This document shows, one piece after another, positions 24,844 to 32,000 of a DNA stretch of 32,000 bases. A program made the position numbers and the translations under genes. Under the pieces are notes generated by a model. It had not been told where the DNA came from. It saw only the letters and a list, made by a program, of their open reading frames with translations, and ran no database searches. Origin of the DNA: Thermofilum pendens Hrk 5 (lineage in GTDB: Archaea; Thermoproteota; Thermoprotei; Thermofilales; Thermofilaceae); NCBI RefSeq assembly GCF_000015225.1, contig NC_008698.1, positions 1,530,001 to 1,562,000 on the forward strand, written 5' to 3'. Positions within the stretch are counted from its first letter, which is position 1; the number at the start of each line of letters is the position of its first letter.

Positions 24844-25134
24844 ATGCCTTTAAAGAAAGCCACACTCAAGGTCTCCGGGATAGGGTGCGGTAGCTGCGTG
24901 GCTCCAAGCAAGGCACACCTGCTCCGAGTACCCGGCGTAGTAGCCGTATACGTGTTCGGCTCGCGCGTAGAGGTCGTATACGACGAGGAGAGAACGAGCC
25001 TAGACGAAGTACTGAAGTCTAGCGGGGTTAACGAGTACTACTTCGTACAGGTACTCTCCGTAGAGAGCGTAGACGACTCGCTGGGAGCCTCGGGGAGGAG
25101 CGAGAAGACCGAGACCCTCCGCCTAAACCTGTAG
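24844..25134 (+). CDS. Heavy-metal-associated (HMA) domain metallochaperone-like protein
   Basis: ATLKVSGIGCGSCV matches the GMxCxxC metal-binding motif within a ferredoxin-like HMA layout. ATG 24844 is preferred over TTG 24835. Confidence 0.7.
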   Translation: MPLKKATLKVSGIGCGSCVAPSKAHLLRVPGVVAVYVFGSRVEVVYDEERTSLDEVLKSSGVNEYYFVQVLSVESVDDSLGASGRSEKTETLRLNL

Positions 25135-25219
25135 CACGCGAAGATCTGGGCGAGCACCCCACTACGCTTCGCGAAGACTTCTAACCGCCTCCACCACTTT
25201 GAACTCGCGCGCTACCGCT

Positions 25220-25435
25220 TTAGCCCCTTCGAAAGCCACTCCGGTGCGCGTGCATCCTCGTCGACTGGCATGGCTTTATGTCCAGCACAGGGGTACCGTC
25301 GAAGAGGTCTAGCCCCTCCACGCAGAGAAGCCTACCCTCACGCTTCACAAGCCTCACCACGCTAAGCGCTACGGGACTCCTGAAGCACGAATACCTGCAC
25401 GCTAAGACTCTTTCCTCGAAACCTTTTGCTTGCAT
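25220..25435 (-). pseudogene. 3' remnant of a TsaA/TrmO (YaeB)-family gene
   Basis: The 71 codons match only the family's C-terminal segment (FRSP..LSVVRLVKREGRLLCVEGLDLFDGTPVLDIKP). The N-terminal two-thirds is absent and the RPNPIG segment is deleted. The remnant starts 27 nt after the vapC stop. Confidence 0.6.
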
Positions 25436-25462
25436 GAATTAATTCCGCAGTAGGCGAACGAC

Positions 25463-25858
25463 TCAGCCCAGCGGTATTCTCCGCAAGCCTGGCACCCTAT
25501 CGAAAGCCCTGTCATCCGAGACAATAACGCCGTCTACGGCTAGCGCCGAGGCTGCTATCATGCTGTCGAAATAGCTCAGCCCGTACTTTTCCTCCAACTC
25601 TGCCTGCCTAACAAACAACTCCGTGCCAATCGTAGAAACCTCTCTAACCCTGTAGCTTTTGAAAACGTGTTTCAAGGCATTCATCGCAGCGGCTATCTCG
25701 CCGGGCTTCCTGCCTCTTGCCCGCAACACGACCTGGAATTCTAGCAGAGCGGTATCGGGGACCTTCAACCCCTTCATAGACAGCAACCTTAAAGCCCTCC
25801 CATGTCTCGGGTCGCCGGGGCTCAAAGCGAAAAGAAACTCCGTATCAACGACAGGCAT
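25463..25858 (-). CDS. vapC: PIN-domain toxin VapC
   Basis: 131 aa. Acidic residues sit at the PIN positions (VVDTEF..., YFDSMIAASA, IVSDDRAFD). Overlaps the upstream antitoxin gene by 14 nt. Confidence 0.85.
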   Translation of the reverse strand: MPVVDTEFLFALSPGDPRHGRALRLLSMKGLKVPDTALLEFQVVLRARGRKPGEIAAAMNALKHVFKSYRVREVSTIGTELFVRQAELEEKYGLSYFDSMIAASALAVDGVIVSDDRAFDRVPGLRRIPLG

Positions 25859-26084
25859 TCCTCAACCACTCTTCCGCCTTTCTTTCGTCCCTCTCTTCCC
25901 TGTAAGGTTCCCCGATAACCTCTGCGAGAACTTTGAACGGATTGAAATCTTTACGCTCAAGGACTATCCTACCCCCCTCCACCCTAACCTCCAGTAGATC
26001 CCCCTCTTTTAGGCCGACCTTCTCCCTCACGCTCTTTGGGATAACCACTGTGAACCTCTTCCCAACTCTAACAGATTCCGACAT
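25845..26084 (-). CDS. vapB: AbrB/SpoVT-type antitoxin VapB
   Basis: 79 aa. RFTVVIPKSVREKVGLKEGDLLEVRVEGGRIVLE is the SpoVT/AbrB swapped-hairpin motif. Confidence 0.85.
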   Translation of the reverse strand: MSESVRVGKRFTVVIPKSVREKVGLKEGDLLEVRVEGGRIVLERKDFNPFKVLAEVIGEPYREERDERKAEEWLRNACR

Positions 26085-26114
26085 GCAATCCTCTCTGATT
26101 ATTCCACAGTACAG

Positions 26115-26124
26115 CTATATAAGG
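26115..26124 (-). promoter_or_regulatory. TATA-like box for vapBC
   Basis: CCTTATATAG on the minus strand is centred about 36 nt upstream of the vapB ATG (26084). Confidence 0.45.
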
Positions 26125-26222
26125 ATTCTGAAAACCCCGCATCAGATGATCCCAGCCCCCTAAACCTGGGCACGCGAAGACCGAGGGGTGAGTGCACTCA
26201 TCCAAGTTATGTGCTTCGCGCG

Positions 26223-27989
26223 CTAAGCGCTGTGAGACTCCTGGGGCACGGTTACTTGGGCGGGTTCGAGTATCGGGCCGAGCTTCTCCCTGACAGCCTT
26301 CCTGACGGCCTCGGGGTCCGCGGAGCCCTCCACCGATACAACGGGGACTTCGAACTTGAGGGGGTCTGGCCTCGCGTAGACCCTGACCCCTCTCACCCCG
26401 GGGACCCCCGCGACCACCCTTTCTATAGCGCCGGGGCTCACCCTGTACCCGCTGACCTTCATCACGCCGTCCCTCCTGCCGAGCACCTCGATGTAGCCGT
26501 CAACCGAGTAGCGGGCGGCGTCGCCCGTGTCGTAGAAACCTTCCCGCCACTTCTCCCAGAAGTCGCCCGGCGCCTCCACGGGGATGGCGGGCCAAGGCTT
26601 CCTGACCACGAGCCTCCCGTCCTCCAGGACCTCGACGTGGAAGCCTGGCATCGGCGGGCCGCAGGTACCGGGGACTATGTGGGTAAACGTGTAGCTCGGG
26701 AGGTTGCCGACGAGGAACGTCCCCACCTCGCTCTGTATGTAGAGGTCCAGCACGGGTATAGCTCCCGAGAGCTCCGAGGGGACGGAGTCCACGAGGGGCC
26801 TCTTGAGGGTTCCCAGCACGCTGTAAGCCCAGCCCCACGTCTCGGCGTCGAGGGGCTCCGCCGTTACCAGCACTGCCTTCAGGGAGTCGTAGTCGTGGCT
26901 CCGGAAAAGCTCCGCCGGTTGCCTCGACATGAGCCTGAGGGCACCCGAGGTCGTCAGGAGCAGCGTGACACCGTAGCTCTCGACGATGCTTATCCACCTG
27001 TCCCAGCCCCTCCAGTCCGGCGCGCCGTCGTAGAGAACGACAGTGGAGCCCGTCATCAGGGGGCCGAAGACGAGGTAGGAGACACCGGTTATCCAGCCCG
27101 GCCAGACTGTGTTGAAGAGAGTCTCGCGGGGCTTGAGGCCTATCCACCTAGACGTCGCGTAGACCTGTACGAGGAAGCCCGCAGCCGGGTAGGACAGCGG
27201 CTTGAAGTCGTCCCTGTAGGCCGAGTGGAGGCCGAAGAGGGGCTCCGAGGAGCCGAGGACGGCGCTACCGCTGTAGGCGCCCGAGGAGAGAGCTTCATCG
27301 AGCGTGTAGACGCCGGGCGCCGCCGGGACCTTCCTTCCCAGCCTCTCCGAGACGAGCAGGACGGGCTTAGCCCCCGATTCCTCGACCGCCCTGAGCACGC
27401 TTCCAAGCGTGTCCACCTCCCTCCCCCTGCGGGTGTAGCCGTCCACAGTGAATACAACCCTGGAGCCCCTCCTCGCTATGCGCTTCGCCAGCTCGTAGTA
27501 GCCGAAGCCCGTGAAGACGGGCTCGAAGGGGGCGCCCACCCTCATCGCCGCCAGCATGAATGCCAGCGACTCGGGGTTCGGCGGCGAGTAGACAGTGACC
27601 CAGTCCCCCCTCCCCACCCCGACGCTTTCGAGCCAGCCGGCTATCCTCCCCGCCAGCGCGTCGAGCCCCTCGTACGTCAGAACCTCGGCGTCCCCGCTCT
27701 CCGACTCGTAGAGGACGGCGACCTTCCTCCAGACAGGGGTGCCCCTGTGCCTCGAGACAACGTTCTCGTAGGGGCTCAGCTCGCCGCCCGCGAACCACCT
27801 AACCCTGGGAGCCTCGCCCTCCACGACCCTCTCCCAGGGCTTCCTCCACAGCAACAGGCGCGCGTAGGAGGACCAGAATCCGTAGACGTCCTCCACGCTC
27901 TCCCGATACACCCTCCTGTACTCCGCGAGCGTCATCACCTTGAACCTAGCCGACGGCGGTACAACCCTCCTAGCCTGCTCCGGCACCAC
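26223..27989 (-). CDS. Acetyl-CoA synthetase-like (ANL superfamily) protein with degenerate adenylation motifs
   Basis: Collinear with Acs along its length: WF.GG.L, VY.P..PE...AMLA..R.GA, GWITG.SY...GPL..G.T, YDTGD, GRRDG..KVSGYR. The P-loop LYTSGSTGKPKG is replaced by LHSAYRDDFKPLS. The protein ends before the PKTRSGK lysine motif. GTG start preceded by GGAGGC. Confidence 0.8.
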   Translation of the reverse strand: MVPEQARRVVPPSARFKVMTLAEYRRVYRESVEDVYGFWSSYARLLLWRKPWERVVEGEAPRVRWFAGGELSPYENVVSRHRGTPVWRKVAVLYESESGDAEVLTYEGLDALAGRIAGWLESVGVGRGDWVTVYSPPNPESLAFMLAAMRVGAPFEPVFTGFGYYELAKRIARRGSRVVFTVDGYTRRGREVDTLGSVLRAVEESGAKPVLLVSERLGRKVPAAPGVYTLDEALSSGAYSGSAVLGSSEPLFGLHSAYRDDFKPLSYPAAGFLVQVYATSRWIGLKPRETLFNTVWPGWITGVSYLVFGPLMTGSTVVLYDGAPDWRGWDRWISIVESYGVTLLLTTSGALRLMSRQPAELFRSHDYDSLKAVLVTAEPLDAETWGWAYSVLGTLKRPLVDSVPSELSGAIPVLDLYIQSEVGTFLVGNLPSYTFTHIVPGTCGPPMPGFHVEVLEDGRLVVRKPWPAIPVEAPGDFWEKWREGFYDTGDAARYSVDGYIEVLGRRDGVMKVSGYRVSPGAIERVVAGVPGVRGVRVYARPDPLKFEVPVVSVEGSADPEAVRKAVREKLGPILEPAQVTVPQESHSA

Positions 27990-27995
27990 GCCTCC

Positions 27996-28541
27996 TCACC
28001 TCCTCCCCGGTACGACTACCTGCGTGTAAACGAGTGAGAGGTCGCGGAACCTGTACAGCCACCTCTCGGGCCCCGCCCTCAGGGGGACCGCTACCCTAGG
28101 CCTCACCGTCCTCACGACCTCGGATGCCTCCTCGGGCGTCATGGCCCCCTCGCCGAGGGGTAGGAGGGCGACGTCGATATCCTCGCCCCTGAGGCCTACT
28201 ATCTCCTCGACTAGCCCCGTCGGGCCGGCATAGTAGACCTTGACCCCGCCTAGGTAGAACACGTAGCCGACGCCTCCCCCTTGCTCCGCGCGCCTGTAGC
28301 CGCTGACGACCCTAACCCTGAAGCCCTCCAGCTCCAGGGCGTCTCCAGGCTTCACGACGCGTCCCCCGCAGGGGGAGTAGAAATCGCCGCCGATGCCTTG
28401 TGGCTCGTAGCCGCAGCGGGTGTAGAAGAGGTACGCGTAGCCTCCGCCCGCGTTGACGCCTATGGATTTCCCGCCGAAGAGTATCCCGACGGAGACCCCC
28501 TCCCCAAGTAGCAGCGTTACCTCGCCGAGCTTAAGCCTCAT
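27996..28541 (-). CDS. Metallo-beta-lactamase-fold-like protein lacking all metal ligands (tentative fold call)
   Basis: The C-terminal half resembles COG2220-type MBL proteins (VGYVFYLGGVKVYYAGPTG...DIDVALLPLGEGAMTPEEASEVVRTVRPRVAVPL). There is no HxHxDH motif and the 181-aa sequence contains no histidine. ATG preceded by GGTG. Confidence 0.4.
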   Translation of the reverse strand: MRLKLGEVTLLLGEGVSVGILFGGKSIGVNAGGGYAYLFYTRCGYEPQGIGGDFYSPCGGRVVKPGDALELEGFRVRVVSGYRRAEQGGGVGYVFYLGGVKVYYAGPTGLVEEIVGLRGEDIDVALLPLGEGAMTPEEASEVVRTVRPRVAVPLRAGPERWLYRFRDLSLVYTQVVVPGRR

Positions 28542-28550
28542 AGCTACACC

Positions 28551-29612
28551 TCAGCATATCCTGGGGACAATGACCCCTCTAGGTGGCTCGATAATCCTGT
28601 GCCCGCCGACCCCCGTCTCGGAGACGACAAAGCCCCTGTACTTGGGGTTCTCGCGGAACTCCCCGATAACCCTCGCGTTCGGGAAACCCCTCCCCCTGAG
28701 CTCGGAGACTACTTCCTCGGCTACCTCGGGGGAGACCGAGAGGACCGCTGCGCCTTCGCTCGCGAGGTAGAGGGGGTCTACGCCGAGCATCTCCGCGAAC
28801 CTCCTGACGGCGTCCCGCACCGGCACCTCCTCCTCCCTGATGACAGCCAGGAGCCCGCCGCTCCTAGCCCACTCGTTCAGAACACCCGCGAGCCCCCCGC
28901 GGGTCGGGTCCCTCGCCGCGTGGATGTACCCGGCGAACTTCTCGAAGACAGGTAGTAGCGGCGTCAGGGGCTTCGAGTCGCTCTTCAGAGAACCGCTCGC
29001 TATCTCCTCGACGTCCCCCATCCCCATCTGGAGCATCAGGATGACCGCGCCGTGGTCCCCGACGTAGTCCGTGACGACTATCTTGTCGCCGCCCCTCGGC
29101 TTGTCGACTATGGGGCTACGCGCAACCCCCAGCCCCACCGTGGTCACAGTTATCCTGTCGAGCTGGCCCTTCGGCATGACCTTGAAGTCCCCGCCTATCA
29201 GCGGCACACCTTCCTTTTCGAGCGCCTCGAGCATAGAGTTGACGATGGCCTCCAGGTCGCCCATCGGGAAGCCCTCCTCGACCACTATAGTGTCGAGCAT
29301 GGCGACAGGCCTCCCGCCCATCATCACGACGTCGTTTATCGATCCGTGAACCGCGAGGCTACCTATGTTCCCGCCCGGGAAGAACGGAGGGTTCACGGTG
29401 TAAGAGTCCGCCGTGACGACGAGGAAGCCCCCGCCGGGCAGGGGTATGAGCGCGCCGTCGTCCGGGAAATCTATCCCGACGCCCCCCTCCACCCTCTTGA
29501 GGTGCTCCTTCACCCTCCTGAAGAAGAGCTCCTCGAGGAGCCTGAGGGTCTCCACGCCCCCCTGGCCGTCCGCTAGCTCTACGACCCCCTTGCCACCCGG
29601 GATACGCCTCAC
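28551..29612 (-). CDS. hypE: [NiFe]-hydrogenase maturation protein HypE
   Basis: PurM-like fold motifs. The C-terminus VIVPRIC ends in the conserved PR(I/V)C cysteine that is carbamoylated and cyanated. GTGA overlap with the hypC stop. Confidence 0.9.
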   Translation of the reverse strand: MRRIPGGKGVVELADGQGGVETLRLLEELFFRRVKEHLKRVEGGVGIDFPDDGALIPLPGGGFLVVTADSYTVNPPFFPGGNIGSLAVHGSINDVVMMGGRPVAMLDTIVVEEGFPMGDLEAIVNSMLEALEKEGVPLIGGDFKVMPKGQLDRITVTTVGLGVARSPIVDKPRGGDKIVVTDYVGDHGAVILMLQMGMGDVEEIASGSLKSDSKPLTPLLPVFEKFAGYIHAARDPTRGGLAGVLNEWARSGGLLAVIREEEVPVRDAVRRFAEMLGVDPLYLASEGAAVLSVSPEVAEEVVSELRGRGFPNARVIGEFRENPKYRGFVVSETGVGGHRIIEPPRGVIVPRIC

Positions 29613-29908
29613 CCCTCCCGCTTCAGCTTCTCCGCGAGCGCCAGCACGTTCTCCCTGAGCGCGGTCAGCGCGTCCTCGGCCTCGCCCGCCTCCTGGAGTA
29701 TCCCCCTGAGGAACTCTATCTCCTCCCTGAGCCCCTCGGGCGAGATCTTGGAGATAATGACGCCCGCGTGGACAACCACGATGTCCCCCCTGGAGACCCT
29801 GTCCCCGGCTATGCCGACGAAGACCTCCCTGACAACCCCGTCCCCGTAGTCCACCCTAGCAGTGGAGCCCGAAACCTCCAGCACGACGGCCGGAGTCCCC
29901 CAGCACAC
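29609..29908 (-). CDS. hypC: [NiFe]-hydrogenase maturation chaperone HypC
   Basis: The N-terminal MC(W)G..A.V motif carries the essential Cys2. Small OB-fold-sized protein (99 aa) with VVVHAGVIIS. Confidence 0.85.
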   Translation of the reverse strand: MCWGTPAVVLEVSGSTARVDYGDGVVREVFVGIAGDRVSRGDIVVVHAGVIISKISPEGLREEIEFLRGILQEAGEAEDALTALRENVLALAEKLKREG

Positions 29909-29974
29909 CGCGTACCACCACTAAAGCTAGGCGCGCGCCGCTTAAAAACCGTGCTTGTAGTATTTTTACATACG

Positions 29975-31210
29975 CTATCCCAGCCCGGCTTCCAGCGCTA
30001 GGTCTCGAGCTATCTGGTCCGCCAGCCCTCCCCCTCCGAACCTAGCCCAGACGGCGCACGTCCCCTCGAGGGAAACCATGCAGGGCCCGTACGGCTTCTC
30101 GGGGGTACACTTCTTCATGAACATGGGGCAGTCCGTGGGCTTAGCCTTCCCGAGCGTCACCTCGGCGCACCTACAGCCGGGAGGAGTGTCCTTCCGCCAC
30201 TTCTCGGGCGTCAGCTCCTCGATCCCGAAGTGCCTCAAGGCGTCCAGGCGCCCGTACTTCTCCCTGAGCCTAAGCCCGCTGAGCGGCAGGAACCCTATCC
30301 CCCTCCACGCGTCGTCCACAGCTTCAAACGCCTCGTGTATAGCCGCCTGCGCCTCCAGGTCCCCCTCCCACGTCACCGCCCGCGTATACTCCACTTTGAC
30401 CCCGTACTCCCCCCTCGCCAGTTGCCGCATGATCTCCGCGATACCCATGAGCACGTCTATAGGCTCGAACCCCGACACGACCACGGGCACCTGGAACTGC
30501 TCCGCGACGGGCTCCCACGCCTTCGCCCCGGTAACCGTCGACACGTGGCCCGGCGCTATCACCCCCATGACAGGCGGCTCCGTGGGCTTGTCGCGCAGGA
30601 TGTCCAAGGAGTAGAACATGGCTGGAGGCGTGAGCTTAACGAGGCTCATGAGCTTGAGGTTCTCCGGGAGGCTCCCCGAGACGACCGCGCGGGCGTAGCC
30701 GGGGGCAACGGTCTCGAAGCCTATACCGAGAAAGACCGACTCGCCCCCATGCCTAGAGGCGTCCCTCACGGCGTCCACTAAGCTCACCACGAGCCTCACC
30801 CTACCCCCCGCCGCCCTAGCCTCCTCGAGGGACGAGACGCCGTCCACGGGGTTCACCGCGCGGAGCTTGAAGGTATCCCCGTACGTGTAAACGGTCACCC
30901 CGCTCAGGGAGAGCTCTATAGCCCTCTCGATGTACCAGGAAGGAGTGACGCAGACAGGGCACCCGGGCCCAGCCACCAGCTCGACCCCCTCCGGCATGAG
31001 GCTCCTAAGCCCGAAGTGCACGATAGTCCACTCGTGAGTCCCGCAGAAGTCCATGATCTTGATCCTGTAGTCCCGCCCCTCCCTAGCCCTTATCTCCTCG
31101 AACTTCCTGGCAATATACCCCCTAAGCGCCCCGGCAAGCCTAGCGTTAGACCTGAAAGCCTTCTCCAAGTAGCCAAGCTTCTCCAGAAAAGCGAGCCCCT
31201 GACCCTCCAT
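29975..31210 (-). CDS. hypD: [NiFe]-hydrogenase maturation protein HypD
   Basis: IMDFCGTHEW, GPGCPVCVTP, GFETVAP, APGHVSTVTG and the C-terminal Cys cluster CPMFMKKC...C...C match HypD motifs. Confidence 0.9.
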   Translation of the reverse strand: MEGQGLAFLEKLGYLEKAFRSNARLAGALRGYIARKFEEIRAREGRDYRIKIMDFCGTHEWTIVHFGLRSLMPEGVELVAGPGCPVCVTPSWYIERAIELSLSGVTVYTYGDTFKLRAVNPVDGVSSLEEARAAGGRVRLVVSLVDAVRDASRHGGESVFLGIGFETVAPGYARAVVSGSLPENLKLMSLVKLTPPAMFYSLDILRDKPTEPPVMGVIAPGHVSTVTGAKAWEPVAEQFQVPVVVSGFEPIDVLMGIAEIMRQLARGEYGVKVEYTRAVTWEGDLEAQAAIHEAFEAVDDAWRGIGFLPLSGLRLREKYGRLDALRHFGIEELTPEKWRKDTPPGCRCAEVTLGKAKPTDCPMFMKKCTPEKPYGPCMVSLEGTCAVWARFGGGGLADQIARDLALEAGLG

Positions 31211-31294
31211 ATGTTGGAAAACCCGATTCTGATAGTTAAATCCTTAACCTAATGTGAAAGTCGAAAAAGTAGCGCTACGAGGCAAGTTGCTAGT

Positions 31295-32000
31295 TCAGAA
31301 AAAATCTTTAAGTAGGCTTTTTCTAAACTCGTGGAATTCTCTACTATACTCCTTCAATGCTTGATAAAACTTAAAGTATAAGTAAAAGTATTTCGAATAA
31401 AATTCGACATTTTGTGCAAGGGGTTCGGCACCACCATCTAAAATTTCATCTTTCAATGCTAATGCTTCTCTGTATCCGATTCTGTTCTGAGCCAAAGAGT
31501 AGTGAATCCATCCTCCCACTAGTGTAGGCTCTACGTGCTCCCTTACCACATAGAGAGGCATTCCGAACACGTCAGAGAATATTTGCCTCCAAGTACCTAT
31601 CCGTAGTCCTCCCCCTCCCCCATGAGTAAGGAGAGGGTTAAGTCCGTGTTCTTTCAAGGCTTCTAGAATCATTTTCAGCGTGAAAGCAACTCCTTCCATT
31701 ATTGCCCTAAGCATATCGTTACGCGTTGTAGATAGAGATGCGCCGTAAAATGCACCCCTGAAGTATGGGTCTCGTATCGGGAATCTTTCTCCAGTTAAGT
31801 AAGGTAAAAATACTAGGCCATTAGCTCCGGGCGGCGAGAGCCTAGTCTCTATGTCTAGCAAAGTGAACCTATCAATGTTTGCAGTCTCGGATACAATCTC
31901 CTCTGCAGTAGCAAAGTTTCTTAGAAACCACTCCACGGCTACCCCCGCGTTGTTCACGGCCCCGCCTACTATCCACCGTGAATTACCGGCATAGTACGAG
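31295..32000 (-). CDS. FGGY-family carbohydrate kinase, C-terminal domain (5' end outside window)
   Basis: FLPYLTGERFPIRDPYFRGAFYGASLSTTRNDMLRAIMEGVAF and HGGGGGLR...WRQIFSDVFGMPL match the FGGY_C domain. The frame stays open to position 32000 (…GGAVNNAGVAVEWF). Confidence 0.8.
   Translation of the reverse strand, partial: SYYAGNSRWIVGGAVNNAGVAVEWFLRNFATAEEIVSETANIDRFTLLDIETRLSPPGANGLVFLPYLTGERFPIRDPYFRGAFYGASLSTTRNDMLRAIMEGVAFTLKMILEALKEHGLNPLLTHGGGGGLRIGTWRQIFSDVFGMPLYVVREHVEPTLVGGWIHYSLAQNRIGYREALALKDEILDGGAEPLAQNVEFYSKYFYLYFKFYQALKEYSREFHEFRKSLLKDFF

Noticed and set aside
26211-28037. 608-codon plus-strand ORF, the longest in the window, antisense to the ACS-like gene
   Set aside because: It is exactly codon-aligned with the minus-strand gene (both triplet sets start at coordinates divisible by 3). 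Stops can therefore arise only where the real gene uses TTA, CTA or TCA codons, and it uses none in 588 codons. The translation is R/P/G/A/V-rich with no motif, while the minus-strand product aligns with Acs throughout. This is a shadow ORF of a GC-rich gene.
29909-29974. hypD-hypC spacer considered as a structured RNA or regulatory element
   Set aside because: It is explained adequately as a T5 terminator-like run plus TATA-like boxes (TTTTTAAG, AAAAATAC on the minus strand) for an internal hypC promoter. No extended pairing was seen.
1-32000. Search by eye for tRNA T-loop/acceptor patterns, rRNA, and C/D-box sRNAs (RUGAUGA...CUGA) in intergenic regions
   Set aside because: GTTCGAATC/GGTTCAAAT-like strings occur only inside coding regions and lack a cloverleaf context. 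TGATGA occurrences (for example 2784, 11466) are inside CDSs. Near-matches at 24199 and 26141 are not canonical. Nothing here could be supported without a covariance-model scan.

Overview
This is a gene-dense, high-GC window that looks archaeal. AT-rich TATA-like boxes sit about 25-30 nt upstream of many start codons. Operon genes often share ATGA/GTGA stop/start overlaps or have GGAGG/GGTG in tiny spacers. TrmB, TreT, an Aeropyrum-type O-phosphoserine sulfhydrylase and a PF01637-type archaeal ATPase are present. A hyperthermophilic crenarchaeon is my inference, not something the sequence proves.

Gene content from left to right:
- livH(partial)-livM-livG-livF branched-chain amino acid ABC transporter.
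- On the minus strand: GNAT acetyltransferase, archaeal AAA+ ATPase, HhH-GPD glycosylase with two Fe-S-loop-like Cys motifs, radical SAM enzyme, and glycerophosphodiesterase.
- Pyroglutamyl peptidase and a 297-aa unknown protein.
- A trehalose/maltose-like island: solute-binding protein, two permeases, trmB and treT, with no malK.
- A padR-ABC ATPase-ABC-2 permease exporter operon.
- A frameshifted HEPN/MNT toxin-antitoxin pair.
- A ferritin-like protein, a GPH/MFS transporter and an AbrB-PhoU regulator.
- An unknown protein followed by a solo Cas4-like nuclease, then a membrane protein.
- A ParB-fold (SerK-like) gene translationally coupled to O-phosphoserine sulfhydrylase.
- Rubrerythrin and an HMA metallochaperone.
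- A TsaA/TrmO remnant plus vapBC.
- hypD, then hypC-hypE followed at 9-nt and 6-nt spacers by a histidine-free MBL-like protein and an acetyl-CoA-synthetase-like protein that lacks the P-loop and the A10 lysine region.
- A low-GC FGGY sugar kinase running off the right edge.

I could not recognise any rRNA, tRNA, CRISPR array or transposase.

The most interesting candidates are (1) the hypC-hypE-MBL-like-ACS-like unit and (2) the ATPase/double-FeS-loop glycosylase/radical SAM module behind a perfect tandem palindromic operator. All functional calls come from motif recognition by eye. No database search was run.
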